Below are positions 11,885 to 26,029 of a stretch of DNA of 64,000 bases, piece after piece. Positions within the stretch are counted from its first letter, which is position 1. Each line of letters opens with the position of its first letter. Source of the DNA: Chrysomallon squamiferum. Lineage: Eukaryota; Animalia; Mollusca. The translations under genes and the position numbers were made by a program. The notes below the pieces were generated by a model. That model did not search any database, had not been told where the DNA came from, and was given only the letters and a program-made list of their open reading frames with translations. The stretch is from positions 5,704,001 to 5,768,000 of the forward strand of contig CM022673.1 of NCBI GenBank assembly GCA_012295275.1. Reading direction: 5' to 3'.

Positions 11885-12458
11885 AAACTCATAAATAAAT
11901 AAAAAAATAAATAAAAAAGAAACAAAATAAAAAAAAAAAAAAAAAAATGCTTGATATGTGAAAGTGAAGTAGCTGACACGAGCAAAGGACTTAGACATAA
12001 ACTGCTGGATTACCTACCATATGCATTGTGTATATTGTCATTTATTAGTCACGTAAATATAAGGGTTCAAAGTTTTTAGAAAAGAAACAATGACGAATAG
12101 ATGATAAAAAATTCAATTATAATTAAGAAAAAGTTTAAAAATAATTTCTTTTCGTTATTGTAAAAGTTAATAATAAAAAAAGGTTTTGAAAAATTACAGA
12201 AAAAAAAAAAAAAAAAAAAAGAAAGGTTGAAAAAAGAAGATAAATTACTGTATTATAAATTATTAAGAAATTTAGATATTGACTATAATTCGTGACGTCA
12301 CACATTTAGCGCACGTGTCGTATGGCAGACGACAAATGCAAGCGTCTGATGACAACGTACTCCTGACGTTTTCAAAAATAATCATCAAGTACGAAAACAG
12401 AAAACAACAACAAAAAAAAAACGTTTACAATAATAATAAATTTAAAAAAAGATTAAAA

Positions 12459-12489
<31 letters not shown>

Positions 12490-13482
12490 AAAATTAATAA
12501 ATAAAATTTATGCATAAAATATACAGAATAAAGCTTTGTGAACACAGGAATATGTCAACTATCCAAACGGTGGTATATCAAGGTTTTTTGTTTTGTTTTG
12601 CTTTTGTTCATTTCTTTCTTTCATTCTTCTTTTTCTTCTCATTATCAATAATATTTATATAGAAAAAAATATCTAATGTAGTGTTTGTGCGTGCATTCGT
12701 GCGTTGTGTGTGTGTGTGTGTGTGTATATGAAGGGTTGGTGGTCTTATGAAAGATACCAGTAATGTAAGTATATTTATCCATTTAAATAGAGACATTCGA
12801 CGATTAAGAGGTATACATGTGTGGTAAGAAGTGATGGTGTCAGCATGATATAAGAGTATAAACTGTATCGCTGACGTAGCCTTTAGATACAGATTGCAAA
12901 TCTGTGCCATAATTAATTTAATATTCTTACGTGTTTTATCGTTTACATGTAAAAAGCATTTCTCCAAATCACACGCACACACACACCGAGTACGCACTGT
13001 AATTACGTCTGGACCCAAATGCACCGAAAAGCAGTGTCTGGGACGATATACTAACAGGGTGGAATATTCTGTTTATCGCGTTCGTTTTCGTTTCTGGACA
13101 TCATCTTAAAAAACAACACAAACAAACAAACCAATAAATAAATGTTTTTTTTTTTTTTTTTTTTTTAATTATTTTTGTTAAAAGTAAATATTAAAATAAA
13201 TAAAATATAACGCTGAATTGCCAACTAATTTTCAGAAATATTTATTTATAAAAGTTTACTACTTTTCATATCTTATATACCTAATATAATTAGTAATGTT
13301 CATTATGAAGCCATAATACCACATTTGTGAATCGCTTCTACGTACGTGTGTGTCTTTTTGCGTGTAAGAGAGGGAGATTTATTTTCTCGCTTTATAGATA
13401 CATATAATAAAAATTATAGTTTCTTCTTCTTCTTCATTATAGAAAAACAACCAAAATTAAGTCGAAAGTTCACCTCTGAATA

Positions 13483-13774
13483 ATGGCTATTAAAGAACTG
13501 ATTTTATTAACGTTTTGCCTATTTACAACTTATACCGAATTGTTTTCATCTGTGGAACAGAAACAGAATTCGGTGAATGTCAAACAGTCGCTGATCAAAA
13601 TTCTAAAAGGTTTCACTGAAAGTACCTGAAGGAGGGGCTTCTGTGTTTCCTTTGCTTGGTGCCAAGATATCTCCACAGAAGGGTGCGGCAGCATTTTGGT
13701 ATAATTTGTACAGAAATGGAAAAGGAATAGATGACACGATTCATGCTGCTTGTCCAGTTGCTATAGGTTCTAAG
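13483..13774 (+). pseudogene. P4HA fragment (copy 3): N-terminus fused out of frame to the catalytic C-terminal segment
   Basis: ATG 13483 reads MAIKELILLTFCLFTTYTELFSSVEQKQNSVNVKQSLIKILKGFTES (homologous to the copy 1/2 N-terminus), then from ~13622 in another frame VPEGGASVFPLLGAKISPQKGAAAFWYNLYRNGKGIDDTIHAACPVAIGSK. Not in the ORF track. Confidence 0.9.
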
Positions 13775-14882
13775 TTTTTTTTATCTTTTTTTTAAAACAA
13801 TTCTGCCAGTTATCATAACACGCTTTTAATCAAATTAATGTTTTAATATGGTTTTAAATAACAGTTTAACATTCCAATTTCACGAAATAAAATGAATAAA
13901 GGTTTAACTTTTATCTATTTTGGTTTCTAGAAAGTACTGGTTTTAGACCACTCAGAAAGCAAGTCCCCACTAACGGAAGGCAGGAACTATCATCAATGAC
14001 TACTCAGAATAGGAGGCTATATCTCATCCTCGTGGTCGTAAACTATTATAGCTATGAAAATAAATCATATACAACAATTACAAACTTATTATGTGGGTCC
14101 TTTAATTTACATGTAATTATTGTTAAATGAAATAATATAAACTATTTCTTTAACATTTTTAAGTTTCTTTTCTTTCTCTGACATTCTGTCATTGAAGAAG
14201 TGTATTATAATTGAATTTAATGTTATATGAATAAAAATAATCACTTACTGATAACTTATATAAATACTAGCATGTGCAAATTATATATAAATATCTGATT
14301 GTGATGGGCTAAACATTTGATTGGTTATTAAATCCCACCACATTTTTTTTTTATGGCAATTTTGTTTTAATTAAAAAATTATCGAAACAATCAAAATTTA
14401 ATATAATTATTTAATAGATTATAAATATCTGATTGTGATGGGTTTAGCCTTTGTTTTAATAAACATTATCGAGATTATTTCATTAATTAGTAAGGTTAAT
14501 AACGTAAGTTTTAAATTTGGTATTAAGTTAAAACTTAATTTCCATTTACAAAAATATTGATTTTTCCTAAGATTTCAGCTGAATTTAAGAAAACAATTCG
14601 ATAACCTCTACGGCAATTCCTACGAAAAGCTGCTTCATTCAACATACCCAACCAGTTATTAATCTTATTTGAGTTATCATAAATTTGCAGTGTATTTCTG
14701 ATGTTTGAAAAAATCACAAAACCGTTAATTATGCTAGCTGAAGTTTTCAGTTTATGCAAATAATTTTAGAGGTGTATGTTTTCCCTCAATGAGAGGGCGC
14801 ATAATCTTATAAACTTATAAACTCTAGCAATGGTAGCTCTAAATCTACGAATCAATTAATTGGTTTCATCTTTTATATTGTC

Positions 14883-14932
<50 letters not shown>

Positions 14933-15429
14933 AAAAAGTAGAAGATGACGAAGAAAGAAAAATGACAAGATCAAGTTAAAAATGACTTCAATAAAATATC
15001 CATATCACTCGGTAACTCATAATTTTTTCTCACTAATAAATAAATGACTTAAAATAAACAAAAGCAACAATAACAACAATAATATTTTGTTCATCAAACA
15101 AAAAAAGATTGCATGAATTTAAAAAATTTAGACCTTTTTTTTTTTTTTTTCTCATTATTTCTTAAAAGTAATTATTGGACAAAATAACCATATTATCATG
15201 TCGATTTTCGTTATGAATTCGCTTCGATTCAAATAGTGTCTCGACCAAACCGGTATTCTTTCACCCGAAATACATACGCTAGGCGAAAAACTTGAAAATC
15301 AAGTTTGACCACTTCGTGTTAGACTGTTCCAGTGGTAGATTGCCCTAAAAGGGCCTCCAGATTTCTGACGTATCATGCATACCAAACCATTTAAAAGCAG
15401 CGAAAAGTTTGGTGACAGTTCATTCCACG

Positions 15430-17013
15430 ATGGGAGTTAATCGACGCAATCAACATCAAACTGGTGATAAATGTGCACCAGGACGTCACAATGCTTCACG
15501 CAGTCGATTTACCAAACGTTATGACTCGAAAGAAAAAGAAAAAGAATCGGGATATTTATCGAATGTTCCATACACTGTTCTTTTAGTAACGATAGGTAAG
15601 ATTTTAAAGTTAAGTGCATCTTAATGCTTTTATAAGGGAGATAATCCAAAACAACTTGACAAACTAACATTCAAGCTATCAATATCATGGTATGATTCCG
15701 TTTCTGATTAGCTTGTTGAGTTAAACTTTGAATAGGAAATGATCTGAAAAAGCAATTGTCATATTTCCTTGAGTTATATTTAAAAATATATATAACACCA
15801 CACGCATACGGTATAGATGATAGAAATGACACTACGATAAAGTGACAACAGAGAAATGAAAGGAAGAATATGCAGATACTGAGATAGCTGTGTTAAATTG
15901 CTGAGAATGTGCATTTGTTATATATTTTATTGAAAGTAAAAAAAATAAAATAAAAAAAATAATAATAAATAAAAATTTAAAGCGCTGTAACTAACTAGTG
16001 TAAGGTTGTTACATGATTATAAAGGTAAATCAATTTTAATATCATAAATCATTATTGGAAAATGACAATCAATTGCATCCTTGTAAAAACTTTGGCTTGA
16101 AAAGTCAGTGACTCTAACTATATTTTATATACTTGACTCTTCATGCCGGAAATGGGTTATAGGAACTAGGTTAAGGTTGGAAAGAAGTGTAGGGGTAGTA
16201 GACGTATTTTTAATATTTTATATTTCATCTTTTAAATGATCTCAGTATGTTCATTTTCACAAGGGGTACACAAGTCTAAAATTTATAGATATCAAATAAT
16301 GTTATGCAGCAAATAAAAAAAAAAATAAAGAAAAGAAACAAAAAACTAAAATTAAAAAAATTAATAAAAAGAAAGAAAAAAGAAATACAAACAAAACTTC
16401 ACGTGTTTTATTGTTATAAATTGTCCATAAATGAATTTGTTACATTTTGCTGTAATTTGCATAAACCAAATTAACAAAGAAAAACTGTTAGACTGTTCAT
16501 CATTTATTGTAATATGTCATACAATTTTTATTTTGCAATACACTAGTCACAGTTAAATGAAAACAAACCAAAAAACTTAAACAAATAAAAACTAATACTT
16601 ATTTTCACAGAGAGTTGACTCTCTTTTGGTAACTCTTTTGGGAAAGGCTTGGAATTTAATGTTTAGTTTTTATTAGTTCTGTTTGTTTTTCATTTGAGGA
16701 TTGCTACAATGTATGTTGCTCAACTGAAAAATTATATTACTTTTTTTGGTAATTTTATATTGTAGAGCATCTTATTTAGATATATTTAATTTAAAACAAT
16801 ATAATTATATATATATATTTATTTAAACATTTTAAAAACATATTGAAGTTTGAAATAGTGTATATATTCATATATTCAATCATAGTAAATTCGTATAAAA
16901 TTACTATATTAAAAGCGTATTCATTCATATAATATATATTTAATATTATTGTAATTTGTCATTTCAGCCATAGTTGTAGCCATAGCACATAGGTAAGTAC
17001 TGAAATTTCAAGT

Positions 17014-17049
<36 letters not shown>

Positions 17050-20000
17050 CAAATAATAATAATAATAAGACGACTTTGTTCTGAAGGCAAATATAAGTTG
17101 AAATATTAATAGGCATATGAACCTCTGCATAGCAAAACTGTGGAAAAAGGTTCATTTGCTTATGTCTTGGTCAGGATAATGGTCACATGTAAAATGTTTT
17201 CATTATTATAAAGTAAAAAATTATAAAAATCAGAATTGATGGCTATGGGAAAAAAAGGAACCCCAATCACCAACCATCATTGACAGTATTTTGATCTCAA
17301 ATTTTTTTTAATTTTTTATAAACAATATTGTTTTATTAATGAATTGGGGTATATTGTATTTTACCAATATTCATTTTTAATTCACAATAGTCACTGGTTG
17401 TAATTAAAAATAAATAACCATTTTTCAGTTTGGATTATCAGATTTTATAATTTATAATAGTATCAGATTTTATAATTTTGTACATTGTAACTTGAATTAG
17501 AACAAAAGTTAGCTCATGAACTTAAGTACTTAAGTTTTCTTCTTTATTCATTTTATATAAAATGGATTGGCTTGTTTTCATTTGAAGTTTAAAATAATAC
17601 AGTTCACATCTGTGCTGTTATTGAATTTCATATTTGGTTGTGGCAGCTTGAACATTTCATCAATAACATATGATGTGCCTTGGCTTGTTTTCTGAGGTCA
17701 CTTCTGTTCATATTAATATATGCAGTACCTTCTCTATAAATACCACAGTTATATTCAGGTCATTAAACAGGCCATTTCACTGCATAATTAAAGATAGCTC
17801 ACAGCAAAAGTTTCTAAAACCCTTGCTTCCAAAGCCTTTCTGAATTTACACCAAAAGAAGTCATATAATAATTTAACAGTGCATCAGTTGTTCACCTGTA
17901 TCATTTAAAATAAATAGCTTCATCTTGGTCCGCAAATGTCAAATAATGATTTGCACATGAGTTTATTAATATTGTAAAACCATGACAGGCTAAAATAAAC
18001 GGAATGAATTCAGTGGACAATCAGGATATTACTGCCATGTGTTTTATTGTTGTTCTTGGTTCTTAATAATTAATAATAAAATATATGAAGAGTTATTTAA
18101 ACAAATGTTTATTTTTCATTCTGTATTATAATTTTTTTTATGTAACTTATTTTTATATCTGGCTAAACTAGTAAGTTGATTGGATCTTGAATATATTTTT
18201 ATGCAATGTAAATAATGATTTTGCTGTATGGTTAGGAAACTGTTCTAAAACCACACTGTAGAAATGACAAATGACTTAGTACTGTTATCTTTAGTGAAGT
18301 GTTTTAATAAATCAATATACTATAATGTGAATACACCGATACTGCATCAGAATCTAGAAAATGTATTTTAATTTAAATATATTTTACACTGAATATATGG
18401 CACATATATATATAAAAAAAAAAAGACTAAATATTCCCTTTTAACCAATGTGTGTGTATGATTCCAAAAAAGGGACAGCTATGTTATTAAGTTGTTTTTT
18501 TCATTTATATTTTAGGAATCATCTTGCAAATATGTTTGAAAATGATCGCCATTTTTCACATTTATCAACCTTGGAAAGAGAGATTTCATTTCGTACAGAA
18601 ATGGTATTTATTTTCTTGTTTAATTATTTATTTGTTTAATTTAGTCCATAATTATTGTACTAATGCTCAACAAAAAAACCCCCACTAGGTCGCAGTGACA
18701 GTCTGGGTCAAAACTTTCTACTGGGAGAACTTTCTAAACACTTGAAAATCAAAACAGCAAGTTGCCATGGTGACCTGTGGAATCTGAAATTATCATTTAA
18801 AATTTTTGTTTATAGATATAATTTTTCAAATGACTAGATGCACACGTTAAAGATATTTCAAATCCATGATATCTTAAAGTATTTGTCTTGTATTTTAATG
18901 TTTTCTCTCGCAGGGACTCTATTATTCATATTTCAAAACAATGATTGAATCTGAAACATTTTTCACTGGACTGACATCCATCATGTACGACAACATCACC
19001 GAGTATCCACAAATCATTAATGTTTTTAAACGATTCAACTTGTATCCAGAGGTAAGGTACCTGTAGCAAAATATTTAATATCTGCACATGTTTCTCGTTA
19101 TGTTACAAGAAAGAGAGAGAGCGAGTGAGCATGTTTATGTTTTTGTGAATGCGATATCATGATAGTACATTTCAGTACAACAGTGAATGAATATTGTTGA
19201 ATTAATAGTTAGTTTTGTATGTATGTGAATATATCTGATATCTGTACCAAGCAAATGTTAAAGTTTTACCTGTGTTTGTGTGTATGTTTGTGTGTATATT
19301 AAAAACAAGATTACAAAATTTTGTAGTATTTGATCAAGTGTGTTGGTGTAGTTTTGTGTGGGTGTATGTGTGTATTAAAAAAAGATTACAATATTTTATA
19401 GTATGTCACTATGTGTGTTTGTATATTTGTATGTGTGTGTGAAAGTGTGGGTACCACGAAAAAACAATATGACTAACATGATTTTCCTCATCAACAGTTC
19501 TTAATTCCTTTACTAGCTTTCTTAAAAAAAAAAAAAAACATTTGTGTAAAACAAAATAAATTCAAACAATTTAAATTAATGTTCTCAAGAATTAAACAAA
19601 TACAGAACAAAAATGCGCAGTGACATCATTTCTTTGATGTGTTACGACGATTGACATGTATGAATCTTTGTGTAAGACTTGTAATCATTTCTTTTTCAGG
19701 TAGCTCTGGGTTTTGGTTTTAGAATTTATGAAGCAGTGAATGCTTTTTTTAGCCGTCCCACAACGGTATGCTGGAAAGTGGACAGGGGACCAGACCTTTC
19801 TCCCGTTTTAAGTTGTGAAGGTGAAAGATTATACATTCTCTCTCGTGTTTGTCCCTGAGATTTCTTTTTTTTTTTTTTTAATTATTATTCTTATTGTTTT
19901 TCATTATTTTACAGACAAATTTAACATTTCCATTCCATTTTATTTTGTATTTATTCAAATACATTCAGTGTAATGGTATGTTTGTATATGTGTGTGGTGG

Positions 20001-20488
20001 GTTGGGGCTTGCCTGAGTATGTGCGCATCATCATTTTATACATGCCTTCTGGTATTTCATATTATGCAGATATTTATTGTTAATGAAGCTGGCTTACTAA
20101 AAGTAAATGAAAAATTTGATGCTGTCAGAAAATATTATTATTAGAACCAAACAATCGGTTTAAAATATTGGAATTTGGGTAAATAAAAAGGTTATTCAAA
20201 GAAATACACACCATTTTACAATGTTGTTAAATAATCAGTACAGTAAAATAGATAAATGTCATGCCAGCATGTTGCTTTACTGCTATTTTATCATTACATT
20301 GAATTTTTTAGTGATTAATAAAAAGAATAATTAAATATATAAATCTGTTTGAAAACAAGTAATGAAAATAGATGATTCATTTAGAAACTGAATTTTAACA
20401 GTAGCATAAATTTTTATGAGATGTTTATAAAGGTATAAAAGTATCATTTGAATTCCCACTGTTATCTTTATTTTTTCACACTGTTTAA

Positions 20489-20541
<53 letters not shown>

Positions 20542-21231
20542 GTTAAAGTTGCTGTTTATATCAAAATAATTTTTTTAAATGTCTAAAACATACAGAATTT
20601 GTTGATGTCAATAAGTTTTATTTTTGTAGCATTTCACTGATGTTCATTCTGGTCACTCAGTTACATGGTTACTGGGAAAAAATTTCAAATGCTTCTTTGC
20701 AGTTATGATATTAAAAGCACTAACTTTGTACAGAATTCTGTCATCAGCTGTATCTATTTCTTCAGATAAACTTTAAAAATGATATGGTTTTTTTCTGAAA
20801 CAAAAGGAGTTAGTCCACATTTTTGCTGAAAATGAGCCCCCCACCATTTACCCAGTTGACACAACAAAAAAAAATCTTGCTTTTTTTTTAAGAACTGACC
20901 ACAGGTATAAACAGATCTGGTGACATTTTAATTCCTAATTAGATTTCCAGAGCAATTTAGTTTTAATCTGTACAGCATAATTACAGTTTTTCTGTTTGTA
21001 TTTGTTCAATTTTAGGATTAGGAGAACCCTCTTACTTCTATGTTGAGTCAGTTTTCATTCTTAATGGTCTCATGATGGGTCTCTTCTTTCTGTTCGGTTC
21101 CTACCTCAGGTAACTTCATTAATAACATTTTAAGTTGTAAATAACATTTCTGTTGAAAGTGTAAAAGAAAAAAATAAGCAAAATTACTGGTTTAGCAATA
21201 AAACAAAGTCAACCTTCCCAGGTTACTTTGG

Positions 21232-21276
<45 letters not shown>

Positions 21277-23800
21277 TTAACAATCATAAGAAGACTTTTA
21301 TCTTTAATTCTTCATCATTTGTTCAGTATAATTGTTAGTAAAGAAGGAAATCTTTATAAAGCAAATTTATTAACAAAATCATGAAAACAAAATAGAACAA
21401 ACAAATTCATCCTTTTTAATTCTTATTTCTTTTTCTTGTTGTTGTTGTTATTTTAATTTTTGTTTATTAATTAAAAAAGTTAATAAGTGTTTACGGAAAT
21501 TATATAATACATCCAGCTTTTTAATTTGGAATTAATTTATTAATTTCTATTAATTCATATATATATATATATATATATTTGTATTTTCATTAAAAAAAAT
21601 TGAAAACTTAAATACATTTTCAGTGGCAGCTTGTTTGGGGGTCTGTTGACTGTCTCGTGTTTTGCTTACAATCATGGAGAGGTAATGTAACTTAACATGT
21701 TTAGACCATTACATTTAAAATATTTACTAAAAATAATCCCAGTGTTCTTAAAAAGAAAAAGAAATAAAAAATCACTCACAACACAAGGGCTCTCTGAAAT
21801 TTGCTAGTGATTTATGTCAGAATGGTTTTTGTTGAAGGTGAGTTTCTGTCAGTATGAATTTTCTCAGTATGAGTTTTTGTCAGTGTCAGTTCTGTCAGTA
21901 TGAATTCTGTTAGTGAGAGTTCTGTCAGTATGAATTCTGTTAGTGTGAGTTCTGTCAGTATGAATTCTCTTAGTGTGAGTTCTGTCAGTATGATTTAAAA
22001 AAATGTTTTTTAACCAAAATGAATTTTGTCATAATGCATTTTGCAAAGCAAACTATGTCAGTGTGTTTGTTTTTTCAGAGTACTTTTTGTCAATTTTTTA
22101 TTATGTCAGTATGACCTTTGTCAAATGTGAGTTCATTCAGTGTGGGGTCTAGGAGAATGAGTTTTGTAAGTATGAGGGTTTTTCCCAAAGTAAGTTTTGT
22201 CAGATATCTGCAATGCAACTTCTGTCAGTGTGATTTTTTTTTTTCAGGATATTTTTCTATCAATTTGACTTTTGTATACATAAATTTTGAGCACTGTTGG
22301 TGTGTTTTTCATGGTTCGTTTTATGAACATGAATTTTGACAAATGGGAGTTACATTAGTGTGATATTTTTTTTTATCAGTATGAGATGTTTTCCAAGATA
22401 CCTTCTGAAAGTATGAGTTTTTATCAATGAAAGTTTTCAATGTGAGTTTTTTCACTGTGTGTTGTTTGTGTGAATTCTGCAAGTACAAATTTTGTCAGTA
22501 TGACTTTTGTCCAAGGTGAGTTCTTGCAGTGTGAGTATTTTGCACCCTTTGAATTGAAAAGAAATATTAAAATTAGTAACTTTACATTTGACAGTATTAG
22601 CTCAGAATATAAGTAAGTAGTAATATTATTTTTATATTTTAGTGAGGTAAAAAGGATTTAGTTATTTTAAAATAACGCACTAGATGACAGAATCATTTTT
22701 AATATAATAATCTTATAATATATTAGTGATATTCTTTTCATGACCATTACCAATCTTGTTACTGTTATTATTATTATTATTATTATAATTAATACCATCT
22801 TAATTATTATTTTATTTTTTTAATGTTGTTGTTGTTACTTTTCTTCATGTTATGAATCCCATCATCACATTATCTTTTTTTTGTTGTTGTTGTTGTTACT
22901 TTTCTTCATGTTATGAATCCCATCATCATTGTTATCTTGTTTAATTAAAATTATATTTACATTGTTTTATTTCAGTGCACCAGAGTACAGTGGACACCTC
23001 CATTGAGAGAAAGTTTCTCATATCCATTCCATGTTCTACAGATGTTTTTTGTGACATATGTGTTGAAGTATGCATTAACAGTTTTACTATAGACACTGTT
23101 ATTCTTATTATAGTTCTTATCTAACTTAATAATATTTTTATCTAAAAAAAAAAATATTGTGATATTGTAATGAAAATATTTTTTGTAAAGATATGTATCT
23201 GCTGTAAAATGTTTTTTTTTATTAGATATTTTATTGGTAATGTTAAAGAAAACAATTTATTATTATTATTGTTGTTTATTATTATTATTATTATGAATGT
23301 TTTTGTTTTTTTAAGGGGTGTGTTTGATCCTTTTATTAATTATATTTACTTAATGTTTGTTGTGTTATTTGGGACAGCTTGTGCTTTAAACAAAATAGTT
23401 TACTGTGAAGTCAGTAAGCTGAAAAAAATCCATACAACACTACAGTTGTATTTTTATTTTACTACCTTTTACTTCATACATATTTAAAAATATACGAAAA
23501 AACCTTATAATTATCATGTGGCACATTAACAAACTTATATTACCATTTAGCAAATAACAAATACAAACACTAAAATGATTAAACAGAATTAATTGCAATT
23601 AATAGAAACATAAATCTTATTTTAATGACTCAACTAATACACTGCTGTTATTTTTGTTGATATTACTATTACAATTATTTACCATACAAAAAAAAAAAAA
23701 AATAAATAAATAAATAAAAAAAATAAAAAAAAAAAAAAAAAAAAAAAACCATATTTTTTAAATTTGTAAAAAGATTTTAAATTTAAATTCATTATTTTTT

Positions 23801-23831
<31 letters not shown>

Positions 23832-24526
23832 TTTTAGAATTAAGAATCCTAATTACAAACACAGCGTTCTTATAGCATCAGCCACAGTTTGTTTCATGTT
23901 ACCTTGGCAGGTGAGTGTCACCTTTAACCTTTTGTTTTCTACAAATAAAATGTACATTAAGAAAGTTCTGTTTACTTAATTAACTCCAATTTTGAAAAGC
24001 CTTTTTATTATTAAATGACGATGAATTTATTATTGTTATAAAGTATTATTGTTCTTATATTTTTGTTACTATTTCTGTATTATTATTATTATTATCATTA
24101 TTATTATTATTATTATTATTATTTTATTGTTATATTATCATCATCATTATCATATTGTTATTATTATCATTATGTTATTATTAACATTAACTTGTTATTA
24201 TTATTGTTAACTTGTATTTCAGTTTGCTCAGTTTGCTTTGCTCACTCAGTCAGTAGCTGTGTTTGGAACCTATGCCCTCCAATACATCGATGCTCAGAAA
24301 TTCAAAGTTATACTAGCTGGTCAGACTGTGAGTAAATTTATTTTATTTTAAATTATTTTTGTTTGTTTGTGGGTTTTTTTTCATCTTCTTTTGTTTTTTT
24401 TTTTCTTTTTTCATTCATTCTTTCTTTATTTTTTATTCTGTTATTTTAATTTTACATACTTTTATTTTATATTTTATTATTGTAGTCTTTATTTTATTAT
24501 TTATTATTTATTTTTTTATTATTATG

Positions 24527-24580
<54 letters not shown>

Positions 24581-25891
24581 AATTATATATAATTAATTAA
24601 TTAATTGTAATGAAATATTCCATGAAAATATTCATTGAATTCTTTAAATGGACCTGTAATAGTCTAAAATGTTCTCTTACAGATTCATAAATTCAAAAAT
24701 TATTTAAAAATTATAATTTTTTTATTAACAATATCATAATCTGGTCACTTTTGCTTTCCAGATGGGCTTACTGGTCAGTTATATCTTGCTGTTCAGAAAT
24801 GAAATGTTGCTGACATCTTTTTATGCATCTTGTCTCACAACCTTGTGGGTAAGTATTTTAGTTTATGATGTTTTGGGATTGTCCACATGAAAATGTATGT
24901 AAAGTGAAATTTCATTATCTTTTACATTCAACTGAGTGATGCCTTTTTCCATCTTTTAAAAAAACCAAACAGATTTATACCTAAAATGTTGTTGACTTAT
25001 TTCTTAGTAAAATGAATATACCTATCTGTTCATATAGAGTTCTAAATCATTTGTTTGAAGATACCTTTTTATTTATTAATTTATTAATTAATTAATTTAT
25101 TTATTTTTTATTTATTTTGCATATTTTTATTAACATATGTGCTGTGTTTCAGATTATTGTTTCAACTGAAAAATTCATCGAAAAGCTAAAATTTCGAATT
25201 GTCATATGGGTATGTTTTTATTTTGTTGATTCTTTGGGGGGGTTTCCATCATGAAAAGAATAAACTTGATCATTGCACCTATTACTACTTTATTTGCATT
25301 TTTTTTTCAGCAGTTCTTTTAATCTTTAAACTTTTAATGTTAAATATTTTTTCATGTCAGTTTTTTTTTTTTTTTTTTTTTTAAATTATATATTTTTTCT
25401 TCCATAAATTTTTTAAAATCTCATATTATTTATTTTGTTAAATATTTTATTTTTTTAAATTATTTTTTATATACTAAATATATATTTTTTTCATTTATTT
25501 TTTTAAAAATGTTTTTCTTTTTTTTTAAATACTTAATTTTATTTCTCAAATGTTTGTTTTAATTTGATGGTTTTTAAAAATGTTTTTTCTCATTTTACAA
25601 ATTCTTAAATTATTTATTAAACCTATCTTTTTCTGGTTAATTATTTTGTTTGTGAACTAACTGCATAGAATAACAGAATAAAAGATCAATGATAAATATT
25701 TGGCTGTAGGCATTTGAAAATACATTTAAATTCAGATAATAGAAGTTAACATCTGACTGTGTTATTAAAAAAATAAATTAAATTTATCAGGTTAAATAAA
25801 TATGATGATAGGTTTTATTTCCTGGCATATGTGAAACTTGAAACAGATACATAAAACACATGTGTATACTAATAATAACTATGCATACATA

Positions 25892-25929
<38 letters not shown>

Positions 25930-25989
25930 TGCAAATATTCACAAAAACATATTTATACATACATGTATATATATTTTGTGTGAGTATGA

Positions 25990-26029
<40 letters not shown>

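Noticed and set aside
22824-22930. Short local tandem duplications (also ~14286-14480 and ~19270-19440)
   Set aside because: Ordinary slippage-type duplications in AT-rich non-coding DNA with no sign of function.
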